Positions 1 through 8,823 of a DNA stretch of 61,128 nucleotides are shown here, one piece after another; the first letter of the stretch is position 1, and every line of letters starts with the position of its first letter. This DNA is from a virus (taxonomy: Duplodnaviria; Caudoviricetes), in the IMG/VR virus record IMGVR_UViG_3300025000_000994, positions 1 to 61,128 of that record, one strand, 5' to 3'. The notes beneath the pieces were generated by a model that was not told the origin of the DNA, ran no database searches, and saw nothing but the letters and a program-made list of their open reading frames with translations. Both the position numbers and the translations under genes were made by a program.

Positions 1-17
1 ATTTTATAACCATCCTC

Positions 18-965
18 TCACAATCTCCCTTCCTCCACGCTCCGTCTCACATCGTTCAGCCTCGGTACCACATCTTTATTCACCAGGCTATACATCTGCA
101 GAGTAAGTAGTTGCTGTTTTATCGCTTCCAACTCATGGCACACAGTAACCAGCTCCAACAGATCCACAAACACACCGGCACGATACCAGGATTCAAAGGC
201 TCGATATATCTTGCTTGTTGCACCGTATTTCTCGGGTAGCAATCTGAAGGACCTCAAATTACACAGAGCATACAAGATACCATTGAAGTATTTGCGCTGC
301 TCCGTCTGCTTTCGGCCTTTACTGTTTTGCGGGAATACCGGTCTGATAAGCTGCCATGATACGTCTGATATCTCATTAAATCCATTGTGGGAAATTTCCC
401 TTAATTGGCTTAACCCATTGATACTACTATATTTCACATCATGCCGCTTGTTTTTGGCGTTAACCTTTTCCGCTACGACAGGCCATGGGTTTTTTGCATT
501 GTCGCCCAGAATATCCGTGAGAATGTCCCAGCTGTCAGCATAGTACCCAAATGCTGCATAATCCTTCTCGGCAAACGCATTCCATGCTTGCTGCTCATAT
601 TGGGTTCGGATAGCTTTAATATGTTCGTAGAGCTTCCCATCCGATTCATTCAGCATCTTTGTGAGCATCAACCATCTTTGCATATGTGAGCCGTATGCCG
701 TAAGATTGCCGCGTTCATAGGCTTTATGTGCTTTTTCTTCCTCTTGCTTAATTGCTGATTTTGCGCCCTCGATGGAATCAGCCTGAAGCCGATAATACCG
801 AGTTCCTCTTGTATTTTTATTATACTTGTACGATGTGACAATATTTATTATCGTACCTTTTGACACATTATACATTTCGCCCAAACGCCTATAAGATACG
901 CTGGTAGTGCGATACAATCTGATAATTTCAGCTTCCTCTTCCGGAGAACAATATTTTTCTGACAC
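18..965 (-). CDS. HTH protein fused to an IS5-family transposase N-terminal (DUF4096-like) domain, no DDE domain
   Basis: N-terminal HTH (SYRRLGEMYNVSKGTIINI); C-terminal ISDVSWQLIRPVFP..GR..RKYFNGILYAL..FRLLPEKYG..IYRAFESWYRAGVF fits the DUF4096 pattern. Confidence 0.65.
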   Translation of the reverse strand: MSEKYCSPEEEAEIIRLYRTTSVSYRRLGEMYNVSKGTIINIVTSYKYNKNTRGTRYYRLQADSIEGAKSAIKQEEEKAHKAYERGNLTAYGSHMQRWLMLTKMLNESDGKLYEHIKAIRTQYEQQAWNAFAEKDYAAFGYYADSWDILTDILGDNAKNPWPVVAEKVNAKNKRHDVKYSSINGLSQLREISHNGFNEISDVSWQLIRPVFPQNSKGRKQTEQRKYFNGILYALCNLRSFRLLPEKYGATSKIYRAFESWYRAGVFVDLLELVTVCHELEAIKQQLLTLQMYSLVNKDVVPRLNDVRRSVEEGRL

Positions 966-991
966 ATAAATTCCCCCCTTTAATCGTTTGT

Positions 992-1171
992 TTAAGCCCT
1001 AACCTTCATTACTCTGTCATATCTCATTTCGCTCACAGCGAATAGATCCTGCTTCGTCCTCCATTGCTGTGATTCATCCCGGTCTTTCTGTATCTCTCTT
1101 TTCGCCCGTTTAATATCCTCTCTGCGTTCAGCCAGGTCGCAGAATTGGGCTTTGGTTAGTTTATCTTGCAT
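992..1171 (-). CDS. Small hypothetical protein (59 aa, not in the ORF track)
   Basis: MQDKLTKAQFCDLAERREDIKR.. resembles MDKAKFLRMMEIRENIKR at 47693-47887; similar position after the RusA-like gene. Confidence 0.6.
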   Translation of the reverse strand: MQDKLTKAQFCDLAERREDIKRAKREIQKDRDESQQWRTKQDLFAVSEMRYDRVMKVRA

Positions 1172-1518
1172 ATTTCTACCTCTACCCGCGCATTCTCGCG
1201 GTCTACATAAAACTCATGCGATATACTTTTGACATATTTCTGGCTGTCGTCTTTGATGGTTCCGGCGTGTACCAGCGCATCCATAATAAACTTTGTACCT
1301 GCAGCTATATTGTCTATATCTCTCCTGCTGTCCGGCTCATACCACTTTATTGTTATGGCTACAACATTGTAGGGTGGAAGCTTCTTTGCCAGCCAGCCTA
1401 TCATATCGCCGTATTCGCGCTTCATGTTTGCGTATGGCTGATAGTTCCCTTTGCCCATTTTGGCAGCTTTGATTATTTCATTAAGTCCGGGTAGTTTACC
1501 GGGTATATCGAATTTCAT
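1156..1518 (-). CDS. rusA: RusA-like Holliday junction resolvase
   Basis: RRDIDNIAAGTKFIMDALVHAGTIKDD motif. Confidence 0.75.
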   Translation of the reverse strand: MKFDIPGKLPGLNEIIKAAKMGKGNYQPYANMKREYGDMIGWLAKKLPPYNVVAITIKWYEPDSRRDIDNIAAGTKFIMDALVHAGTIKDDSQKYVKSISHEFYVDRENARVEVEICKIN

Positions 1519-1708
1519 TTGCAGCCTCCCTCAGTCTGCGCCCACACATAGGGCAGAAATTTATTCCAACAGTATCAATAAATCCGGGGTATTCTTCGTC
1601 AAAAACCTGCATATATACGCCGCTTACACTTATAAAAATTCTTGGATTTGCATTCTCACAAATGCCTAAGTATTCAGATGGAGTTTTGCAATATTTGCAT
1701 TCACTCAT
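1496..1708 (-). CDS. Small Zn-ribbon phage protein
   Basis: CKYC and FCPMCGR motifs. Confidence 0.6.
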   Translation of the reverse strand: MSECKYCKTPSEYLGICENANPRIFISVSGVYMQVFDEEYPGFIDTVGINFCPMCGRRLREAANEIRYTR

Positions 1709-2109
1709 TCCCCCATCACCTCCGCTATCTTTGCAAGGGCTTCAAGCACCTCATTGATATGAGCTACCGCATAGCCTTTGGCATTTTCAAGTGCCACCCT
1801 TGCCACTTTCAACGCCTCACACTGCTTGCTTATAACATTATCCCTGTACCCCATCTGGATATTGGCGTCTGTTATATCTGCGCGGAATATCTCGTTTTCT
1901 GCCGCAAGCCTTTTCCAGTGATCGTTCGTCACCGCATAACAGTCCTGTATCCGCTCATTCTCCTGCTGCAAGGCTTCTATGGTGCCAAGCAATTCCAATA
2001 TCCAAGCTCTCGGTATTTCAATTTCTTTGGCTCGGAGTAAAACCAAATTTTGCTTAAACTGTTTTACAGTTACTTGTTCTAAAAGACTTTTTCCATCCGT
2101 CAACCTCAT
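1705..2109 (-). CDS. Coiled-coil phage protein
   Basis: Shares TIEALQQEN and IFRADIxDANxQM with 48388-48933. Confidence 0.6.
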   Translation of the reverse strand: MRLTDGKSLLEQVTVKQFKQNLVLLRAKEIEIPRAWILELLGTIEALQQENERIQDCYAVTNDHWKRLAAENEIFRADITDANIQMGYRDNVISKQCEALKVARVALENAKGYAVAHINEVLEALAKIAEVMGE

Positions 2110-2268
2110 CCCTCTACCTCACTTTCCGTATTTCCATTGCCTGTCAAACATTTTAGAGTATATCTTTTCTAGTTTTGCAAACTTTTCCTCATCATAGTTG
2201 ATTAAACAATCGCGCATCCAATCTGCTATTAAGCCGAGTACAGCTTTATTCATCCCTCTGCCTCACTT

Positions 2269-2463
2269 TCATCCATCCAACTCATTCTCTCGCCAAAAAG
2301 ATTCATCCGGCGGTTCCAATTCCTCTACCCTCTGCAGAGGCCACGGTATGCCGTTGATCCGGCAGAAATCCATAATACATGTCTCCGGTACACTTTTGCG
2401 GAAATCCCCATACATGCCCAGGTAGATTTCCTTGTACTGTTCAATTGCTTGCCGTGCATTCAT
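2269..2463 (-). CDS. Conserved small phage protein
   Basis: Near-identical to 48945-49154; strong RBS. Confidence 0.7.
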   Translation of the reverse strand: MNARQAIEQYKEIYLGMYGDFRKSVPETCIMDFCRINGIPWPLQRVEELEPPDESFWRENELDG

Positions 2464-2509
2464 GGCCTCAACTCTCCTTTCACAACTATGTGTTTAATCT
2501 ATATTCTAT

Positions 2510-2607
2510 AGCTTTGAGGATGGCGGCTATCCTCTGCCAGTTAGTGATATTAAGGAGGATGCCTCCTAAGGGGTAAATCTCACCGGTGCCGCCAAGCCGG
2601 TGGAGCT
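2510..2607. ncRNA. Candidate structured RNA with three hairpins and complementary loops
   Basis: Hairpins GAGGAT/ATCCTC, AGGAGG/CCTCCT and CACCGG/CCGGTG; loops GGCGGC and GCCGCC are complementary; absent at the syntenic position in prophage B. Confidence 0.4.
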
Positions 2608-2639
2608 TTTAGTTCAAACTATCTTGTTATTGCGAAATA

Positions 2640-2843
2640 TTAATATCTTACAGGCGTACGTCTGTCATAGACTTGTATCCTAATCATGTATGTGTCACTA
2701 GCGTTTACGCTTGATACAGTTCTATCCATGTGAGGCTGTAATTCAGCACAATTTGGCTGTCCGCTTGCAACGATTTTTGAACCTTCCATAATTGTGATAA
2801 TGTTTCCGTAAGGTATGACCTTAACAATCTCTTTAACCTTCAT
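2640..2843 (-). CDS. Hypothetical protein (67 aa) bracketed by two 24-bp palindromic sites
   Basis: RBS AAGGAG before the ATG at 2843; sites at 2613-2636 and 2855-2878. Confidence 0.6.
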   Translation of the reverse strand: MKVKEIVKVIPYGNIITIMEGSKIVASGQPNCAELQPHMDRTVSSVNASDTYMIRIQVYDRRTPVRY

Positions 2844-2878
2844 GCTACAACTCCTTCGCACTTTTTATATTTGTTGAA

Positions 2879-3448
2879 TCAATCTAACACATAAACCTCT
2901 AACCACTTCCTGCCAAACTCATTACACTCTACCTTACCAGCCATACATATATCCAGGTGACCATTGGTTATATCTCTGCCTCTGTCCATTACTATGAAAA
3001 CTCTATCGAAATAAGGAATATATACTCTCGCGCCAATCTCCAATTCCGGTCCTGCAGCAATAAATCCATCCTGAACCATTTGTCCTGATGCGGTAATGCC
3101 ATACTCAGGATCATCCGGTTCCTTCCCGCAAGATCCCTTCCAATATGCCGTGATTTCCATTATCATGCGAGTGCCGCGTTCACTGCCCCTGTCAACTTTA
3201 TCCTGCTTGGTGTCAAGCTGTTCCTGTAATGAGCCAATCTGCTCAGTTAGGGTGTTAATATATTGCTTATACTGAGTGCTCTCTGCTTGCATCGCATTAA
3301 CAGTATCTGTAAGGCTTAGAATTGCCGTTTTCTGTTTAGATAACATAATTTCATATTCGCGGCAGTTATCGTACAAACAAAGGGCAACTACGCAGGACAC
3401 AGTTATGATTAAAGCTATTATGTAATCTCTGCGTTTCAATCTATCCAC
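2879..3448 (-). CDS. Membrane-anchored 3D-domain (MltA-like) protein
   Basis: N-terminal hydrophobic helix, coiled coil, then ITAY..YGITASG..IAA..MDRG..LDI. Confidence 0.8.
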   Translation of the reverse strand: MDRLKRRDYIIALIITVSCVVALCLYDNCREYEIMLSKQKTAILSLTDTVNAMQAESTQYKQYINTLTEQIGSLQEQLDTKQDKVDRGSERGTRMIMEITAYWKGSCGKEPDDPEYGITASGQMVQDGFIAAGPELEIGARVYIPYFDRVFIVMDRGRDITNGHLDICMAGKVECNEFGRKWLEVYVLD

Positions 3449-3933
3449 TCCTTTACCGCCATACAGATATAACCTTGGGGTACAAACGGCTGTTTATCTA
3501 ATACATAAGGTACATCAAGCGTTACGGTATCCCCTGTGTAGCCTGTATAAGGATCATATTCCTCTAATACGAGAACGTCTCCAACTTGATAATCTCGGTC
3601 ATTCCAGCGGATTTCAAATGTCTTTTTACCGGATTTTATGACCTTAAAATATTCAGGCCATGTTTTAAGATGATGCGTTTTGTGTTTGTGATCTGGTTTA
3701 ATTCCATTGTGAATCTTTAATATCCATTCAGGAGCATCTATAAATTCAAACTCTCCTGGCTTAACACCTAAATGTTCACCATTTTCACATATTCCACAAA
3801 TTGCACCATGTGGATTTGATATTGCTGAGTATTCCATCCCGCTTCGTAAGATGGTACCTGGCTTTCCAGATACAACACCAAATGGGAAATCGGGTCTTAC
3901 ATTTTTTATCATGCGAATTTTAATTGTATCCAT
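3436..3933 (-). CDS. DUF3850/ASCH-like domain protein
   Basis: HHLKTWPEYFKVIKSGKKTFEIRWNDRDYQVGDVLVLEEY. Confidence 0.75.
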   Translation of the reverse strand: MDTIKIRMIKNVRPDFPFGVVSGKPGTILRSGMEYSAISNPHGAICGICENGEHLGVKPGEFEFIDAPEWILKIHNGIKPDHKHKTHHLKTWPEYFKVIKSGKKTFEIRWNDRDYQVGDVLVLEEYDPYTGYTGDTVTLDVPYVLDKQPFVPQGYICMAVKEWID

Positions 3934-3948
3934 TTCAATCCCCTTTCT

Positions 3949-4371
3949 TCATCCTACCACTACCTTCATTGTGAGCAAATCAGCCAGTGTAACCATTTCA
4001 ATCCTGCCGTGCCGATTCTTTATCAGTAATTTATCAGGATACTTTGTTTCAACTTCTCCGGATACACGCTGCGTTTTTCTACCCTCATACCGAGTCAAGG
4101 TTATTTTGCTACCCTTTTGGAGCTTTTCAATCTGTTGTTTTGCCCGGTTTATATTTACCGCAAGGCTTATTAATTTTTTATCTTCACACATGATTTTGTT
4201 ATTAAGCTTTATGTCATCGCTTTCATCTGGTTTAACTATTCCGCGCTTTTCATTGGTATAATGCTGTATTGTACTTTTACCGCAATTGTACAATTCACCT
4301 ATTTGCACATATGTCATACCAGCTTTGCGATGAGCGGATATTTCTTCTACTTGCTCAATTGTAAGTTTCAT
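3949..4371 (-). CDS. HTH domain phage protein
   Basis: GMTYVQIGELYNCGKSTIQHY HTH; near-identical to 50022-50444. Confidence 0.7.
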   Translation of the reverse strand: MKLTIEQVEEISAHRKAGMTYVQIGELYNCGKSTIQHYTNEKRGIVKPDESDDIKLNNKIMCEDKKLISLAVNINRAKQQIEKLQKGSKITLTRYEGRKTQRVSGEVETKYPDKLLIKNRHGRIEMVTLADLLTMKVVVG

Positions 4372-5996
4372 TGTGCAATTACCTCCTGTTGCTGGCACAA
4401 TTCCGGTAAATTCGCTTCAACCAACGCCTTTGAGAATGGCGGCGGCACACTGTTACCGCACCTGGCTACCTGAGCAGTTTTAGGATAAGGCTTTCCCGTG
4501 AAGTCCCTGTCAATGATGTAATCCTGTGGAAATCCCTGAGCCGCATATAATTCTTTTGGCTCCAGCATTCTCATGCCGATGTCCACAATTTGATAATCCT
4601 GTCCGTGAATGGTTACTATCCCGAAGCGATCTTTGCTGGTTATGGTCCTGAGTGGTTCATTAACGTTTTGTCCAATATCATCTTTGTTGCCGTAATAACT
4701 CATGAGGAAAGTTCTGACTTCTCCCCAATGACCTGGCCCAGCAACGATTGTTGGAATAGGCTCATTCATGGATCTCCCGTCACAATGGTTATTCATTTGT
4801 AAAAGGTGGCTTGTAACGATAGCATTATGGTCTTTGCCTGTTATGGTATGTATTGGTTCTGCAGTATCAGATCCTGCGCCATCATAAAACCCGCCATAAT
4901 ACTTAGATATGAACGCCGTAACAAGGCCGTAACGGTTTGATCCATCTAATGTCATTATGGGTTCCTCAACTGATTGCCCTCTGTGTTCGGAATGTGCTGT
5001 TTCGCTGTGATATTGAATAAGCGTGGGTGAAACTAACATATGCTCTGCTTTTGATACGATTGTTGAAAGCGGATCTTTAATGTCGTGCAGCCTATCACCA
5101 CCACCGGTTTGTCCGATTTGAGATATAACCGGAGTAAAAAGATAATGTCCGTTTACTGAAGTTACGGTGCTTAACGGTTTGGATATGCTTTCTGGCTCAT
5201 TGTCAAATTTGTAATTTACAATAAACGGCTTAGGATTATTCAGTACATATTTTTCAATGCCCTTTGCAATACGCTTCATGGTGTTCTCTGCAAGTGGCTT
5301 TTTACGGTCAAATATGCTAGGACACGGTATAGACCAATCAATACACTCTGCCGCTGTCCTGTATGGCTTTAGCAATCTGAACCTTACTTCTATTCTGTCG
5401 GGGTCTCCATGTGTGGGCTCAGGCCATATAATCGGTTTACCGTCACACCTTGCAATCAGGAAAAACCTCTTGCGGCTTGTAGGCGCTCCATAATCGCACG
5501 CCCTGAGTTCCCGGTATTCAACCTTATAACCTTGCCTTTTTAGTGCTTTAACAAACAGATTGAAGGTCTCACCTTTCTTAGCTGGGTCAGGCATATTATC
5601 TACCAGTAACGGGCCCCATGTTTTAAATTCCTCAACATTTTCCAACATAATTACTCTTGGGTGAACCATTTTCGCCCACTTGACAGCTACCCATGCAAGA
5701 CCTCTAATACTCTTTTCAACTGGTTTTCCACCCTTCGCCTTAGAGAAGTGTTTGCAGTCTGGAGAAAACCAACATAGCGCCACTGGTTGGCCTTTGGTTG
5801 CTTCTACCGGATTCACTTCCCACACGTTCTCACAGTACACTTTTGTGCCGTGGTGGTTCGCCTTGTACATAGCAATGGCGGCTGGATCGTGGTTAACCGC
5901 TATGTCAATCGGTCTGCCTATTGCCAACTCAATTCCTGTGGAAGCACCGCCACCACCGGCGAAATTATCAACTATAAGTTCTTTTATACTCTTCAT
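4368..5996 (-). CDS. C5 cytosine DNA methyltransferase with a repeat-expanded variable region
   Basis: Motifs DNFAGGGG, SPDC, ENV, RKR and GNSV; six P-x-x-T-[IVL] repeats. Confidence 0.9.
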   Translation of the reverse strand: MKSIKELIVDNFAGGGGASTGIELAIGRPIDIAVNHDPAAIAMYKANHHGTKVYCENVWEVNPVEATKGQPVALCWFSPDCKHFSKAKGGKPVEKSIRGLAWVAVKWAKMVHPRVIMLENVEEFKTWGPLLVDNMPDPAKKGETFNLFVKALKRQGYKVEYRELRACDYGAPTSRKRFFLIARCDGKPIIWPEPTHGDPDRIEVRFRLLKPYRTAAECIDWSIPCPSIFDRKKPLAENTMKRIAKGIEKYVLNNPKPFIVNYKFDNEPESISKPLSTVTSVNGHYLFTPVISQIGQTGGGDRLHDIKDPLSTIVSKAEHMLVSPTLIQYHSETAHSEHRGQSVEEPIMTLDGSNRYGLVTAFISKYYGGFYDGAGSDTAEPIHTITGKDHNAIVTSHLLQMNNHCDGRSMNEPIPTIVAGPGHWGEVRTFLMSYYGNKDDIGQNVNEPLRTITSKDRFGIVTIHGQDYQIVDIGMRMLEPKELYAAQGFPQDYIIDRDFTGKPYPKTAQVARCGNSVPPPFSKALVEANLPELCQQQEVIAQ

Positions 5997-6046
5997 TTCT
6001 TAAATTCCTGCCCTTCCAATACTGGTACTATTTTTATTTAAGCCCC

Positions 6047-6844
6047 TCACAATTTGTATAATCTATCAATTTCTTCGTCACTTGGTATTGATCGCTGCTC
6101 AAAATTGCCTTTTTGGGGTGTTGTATTTTGTTGTGCTTGTTTTGGCCGGTCTTTTTGAAGCAGTAATGTGTCGAACTTTTCTCGGAGCTTTTTGGCGGAT
6201 AATATATTTGATTTCCAAAAACTATCCTTTTGGCTGAATTCCATAACAACATTGATTTGTTCAAGTGTCCTTTTATCAAGCCGTGTCATTTTGTCAAACT
6301 CAGCTACCCACTTTGTTAAATCATCTGGTGTTTTTGCTCCTGGGTTATTTTGAAGCATAAGAGCTTTTAATTTTTCAGCCATCGTCATGTGTGACGATGA
6401 ATATATCTTTTCTTTATTCTTACATTCTTTAGTTCTTACATTCTTGTTAGTTGTTAGGTCTTTGTTACCCCTTTGTGACCCGTTTGTTAGTTGCTTTGTT
6501 AGGTCTTTGTCTGTCGACTGGTACAACTCCCAATTTAGAACGGTTACAAGCCTTGACTCCTTTGTTGATTCGTATGTTAGAAATTCAAGTTTTTCAAATC
6601 TAACAAAGGCAGTACGTATATTTTGTATTGAGATACCCTTACCACATTCTTTCTTAATTTTTGTAAGACTTGTAATTTTCTGTCCAGGTTTACATCTGTA
6701 CTTTTTACCCTTCCATTCCCATTCCTCTTCATCATGGTTAACCATACATAAAAGAGTAATGAGAATAGTTTTCTGTTCAGGTGTTGATAACTTCCATATT
6801 GGTTTTTCAAGGAGCACTCTGTAGAGTTTTATCCAGCCATCCAT
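6047..6844 (-). CDS. Phage replication initiator (replisome organiser)
   Basis: Starts MDGWIKLYR after RBS AAGGGTGA; C-terminal FWKSNILSAKKLREKFDTL; internal iterons. Confidence 0.8.
   Translation of the reverse strand: MDGWIKLYRVLLEKPIWKLSTPEQKTILITLLCMVNHDEEEWEWKGKKYRCKPGQKITSLTKIKKECGKGISIQNIRTAFVRFEKLEFLTYESTKESRLVTVLNWELYQSTDKDLTKQLTNGSQRGNKDLTTNKNVRTKECKNKEKIYSSSHMTMAEKLKALMLQNNPGAKTPDDLTKWVAEFDKMTRLDKRTLEQINVVMEFSQKDSFWKSNILSAKKLREKFDTLLLQKDRPKQAQQNTTPQKGNFEQRSIPSDEEIDRLYKL
6443..6520. repeat. Iterons, probable origin of prophage A
   Basis: TTGTTAGGTCTTTGT twice plus several TTGTTAG/TTTGT repeats next to an AT-rich tract inside the initiator gene. Confidence 0.65.
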
Positions 6845-6982
6845 TAAATCACCCTTTACATTCAAGAAGCGAAGGCCGCCTCTTGTCGGAATCCTTTGAA
6901 CAAATATTAAGTTTTTGATTATCAAAAGATAACCTTTCTTGTTTTATATTTTTATCCCTCTGCCTTCACCGAGGGGTAAAGT

Positions 6983-7693
6983 CTACTCTTGACACACTAT
7001 AACCATCTTGCCCGTAACTGCCTGTACTTCTCTTTTAAATCTTGCAGCATTACTATTACCGGCCGACAAATGAAGCAGGTATATTTCTCTCACCTGGCTC
7101 AGATCATTCACCCTTAAAAACTCCTTCACATGGTCCAGAGAAAAATGCGAGTGTACAAGCCGTGCTCTTTGTGCTTCTGGTAAGCTTCCTTTTGAAACAT
7201 TGGCCTGTAATATATCTGCAGAATAATTACACTCAAGCATGACGTAATTCAGTCCGACAAATCGGTATTTGCAGTAATACGAATCTGTTATGAAAACCAA
7301 TTTCTCACCAGTTACTATAGATTGAATCAGGAATCCTAATGAGCCCTCGCAATCATGCTGTGTCTCAAACGGCCGGACAATAAACGTGCCAATAGTAAAT
7401 TGCTTATGTGCCTCAATAGTATGTGCCCTGTGCTCGTCCTGCACGCCTATAGCCTCAATTGTCTCCGCAGATGTGTAAACATCTATCGAATTCTTTAAGA
7501 GGTCTTTTACAGCTTTACAGTGGTCGTTGTGTGAATGGGAAACAAGGCAACCATCTATCTCTGACAATTTATAATTCAGCCCTTGCTTTATCTTTTGTAT
7601 TGAAATACCTGCTTCCAGCAGCAGAGCAGTTTTATCGTCCGATATTCTATAACAATTCCCTGCACTACTGCTGGCGTAGCTAAGTATGTTCAT
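6983..7693 (-). CDS. MBL-fold metallo-hydrolase (probable exonuclease partner of RecT)
   Basis: SSSAGN, SHSHNDH, HD and HLS motifs; adjacent to recT. Confidence 0.85.
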   Translation of the reverse strand: MNILSYASSSAGNCYRISDDKTALLLEAGISIQKIKQGLNYKLSEIDGCLVSHSHNDHCKAVKDLLKNSIDVYTSAETIEAIGVQDEHRAHTIEAHKQFTIGTFIVRPFETQHDCEGSLGFLIQSIVTGEKLVFITDSYYCKYRFVGLNYVMLECNYSADILQANVSKGSLPEAQRARLVHSHFSLDHVKEFLRVNDLSQVREIYLLHLSAGNSNAARFKREVQAVTGKMVIVCQE

Positions 7694-8632
7694 TTAGAAC
7701 CCCCGTCTTGTAGATTTATTTACTGGAGGCATATCAATGACAGCTTGTTCTTGCTTTTTTGCATCCTCTTGCTTACTGCTTGCCGGTGGTACTTCATCCT
7801 CAACTGGTGTAGACTCAACTACTGGCTCAATATCAATGATCTCAGAGTTAGCATTTGCCCCTATCTCTTCTTCTGCTTCTGCTTCCTCAATATCCGAATA
7901 GCTTTGCTTTGCATATGAGGAAAGCAAACTAGCATCGCTGGAACCGTTTATTATCGGCTTGCAAGCTTTATTTGTAACAGTTTTCTTGCACATTTCAGCA
8001 GTAAACTTGCCATGCACACTACTCCCTTTCAATTCCCCTTTGTCGTCAAATACACCCATTTTTGATTGTTTCCACGCTTGGTGAATTTCATCGAGCGTCA
8101 TTATAGTGGCTTCTTCTTTACCAGATTTATATAACACCGTACAGTAAGCAGCTACGATCTTATCTTTCTTCACGTTCTCGATTTTCTGATTATGCTTTGT
8201 AACAAATGTCTTGCCACGCAGTTTGCCATATTCAAATTCATCACCCTCGTATACAACGTCAGGCAATATATCTTCAATGTCGGGGTTTACTGCTTTGGCA
8301 ACTGCCATGGACCCGAAGTATGAGCGCTGCATCTGAAGCTTGTTGCCGTATACGATAAAGTAACATTGCTTCTTGTCGGGATTCAGTCCTTGTACTACCA
8401 TACTGAGAAGCGAATTTGCGATGCTGTCTTTCGTGCAAACTTCAAGTGCAGGTTTATAATCTTTACTTTGTACCTCCTGCAGCTGTAGCCATGCTGATTT
8501 TAAGGCGTTCTCAGGGCTGTAGTTTTCAGGGAAGTATAACTCGTGGTTGTTCTGGAACTGCTTCACCTTTGCCGCTACGATGTCTACTGTTTCCCTCTTT
8601 ACTGCGATTTGTGTGTTCTGCTTAACTTCCAT
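7694..8632 (-). CDS. recT: RecT-family single-strand annealing recombinase
   Basis: SIANSLLSMVVQGLNPDKKQCYFIVYG..QRSYFG and EMCKKTV. Confidence 0.85.
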   Translation of the reverse strand: MEVKQNTQIAVKRETVDIVAAKVKQFQNNHELYFPENYSPENALKSAWLQLQEVQSKDYKPALEVCTKDSIANSLLSMVVQGLNPDKKQCYFIVYGNKLQMQRSYFGSMAVAKAVNPDIEDILPDVVYEGDEFEYGKLRGKTFVTKHNQKIENVKKDKIVAAYCTVLYKSGKEEATIMTLDEIHQAWKQSKMGVFDDKGELKGSSVHGKFTAEMCKKTVTNKACKPIINGSSDASLLSSYAKQSYSDIEEAEAEEEIGANANSEIIDIEPVVESTPVEDEVPPASSKQEDAKKQEQAVIDMPPVNKSTRRGF

Positions 8633-8634
8633 AA

Positions 8635-8823
8635 TTATTTTGCCTCCTTATTTTTAATAGCTGTAAATATTACATTGCCGCGAAAAATCGCTTTGTGCGC
8701 CATTTGAAGCTGCCAACTTAAAAACCAGCCCTTGTGAGTAACCTTGTTGTTCCAATATACAAATTCTTGCGAAACTAACTCATCAAGGCTTTTGATTGGT
8801 TCACCTTTTGAGTATTTTTTCAA
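8635..8823 (-). CDS. Hypothetical protein
   Basis: Tightly packed in the operon. Confidence 0.5.
   Translation of the reverse strand: MKKYSKGEPIKSLDELVSQEFVYWNNKVTHKGWFLSWQLQMAHKAIFRGNVIFTAIKNKEAK

Noticed and set aside
18-965. Active IS5 element
   Set aside because: No DDE domain or terminal inverted repeats visible, and the domain is fused behind 200 unrelated residues
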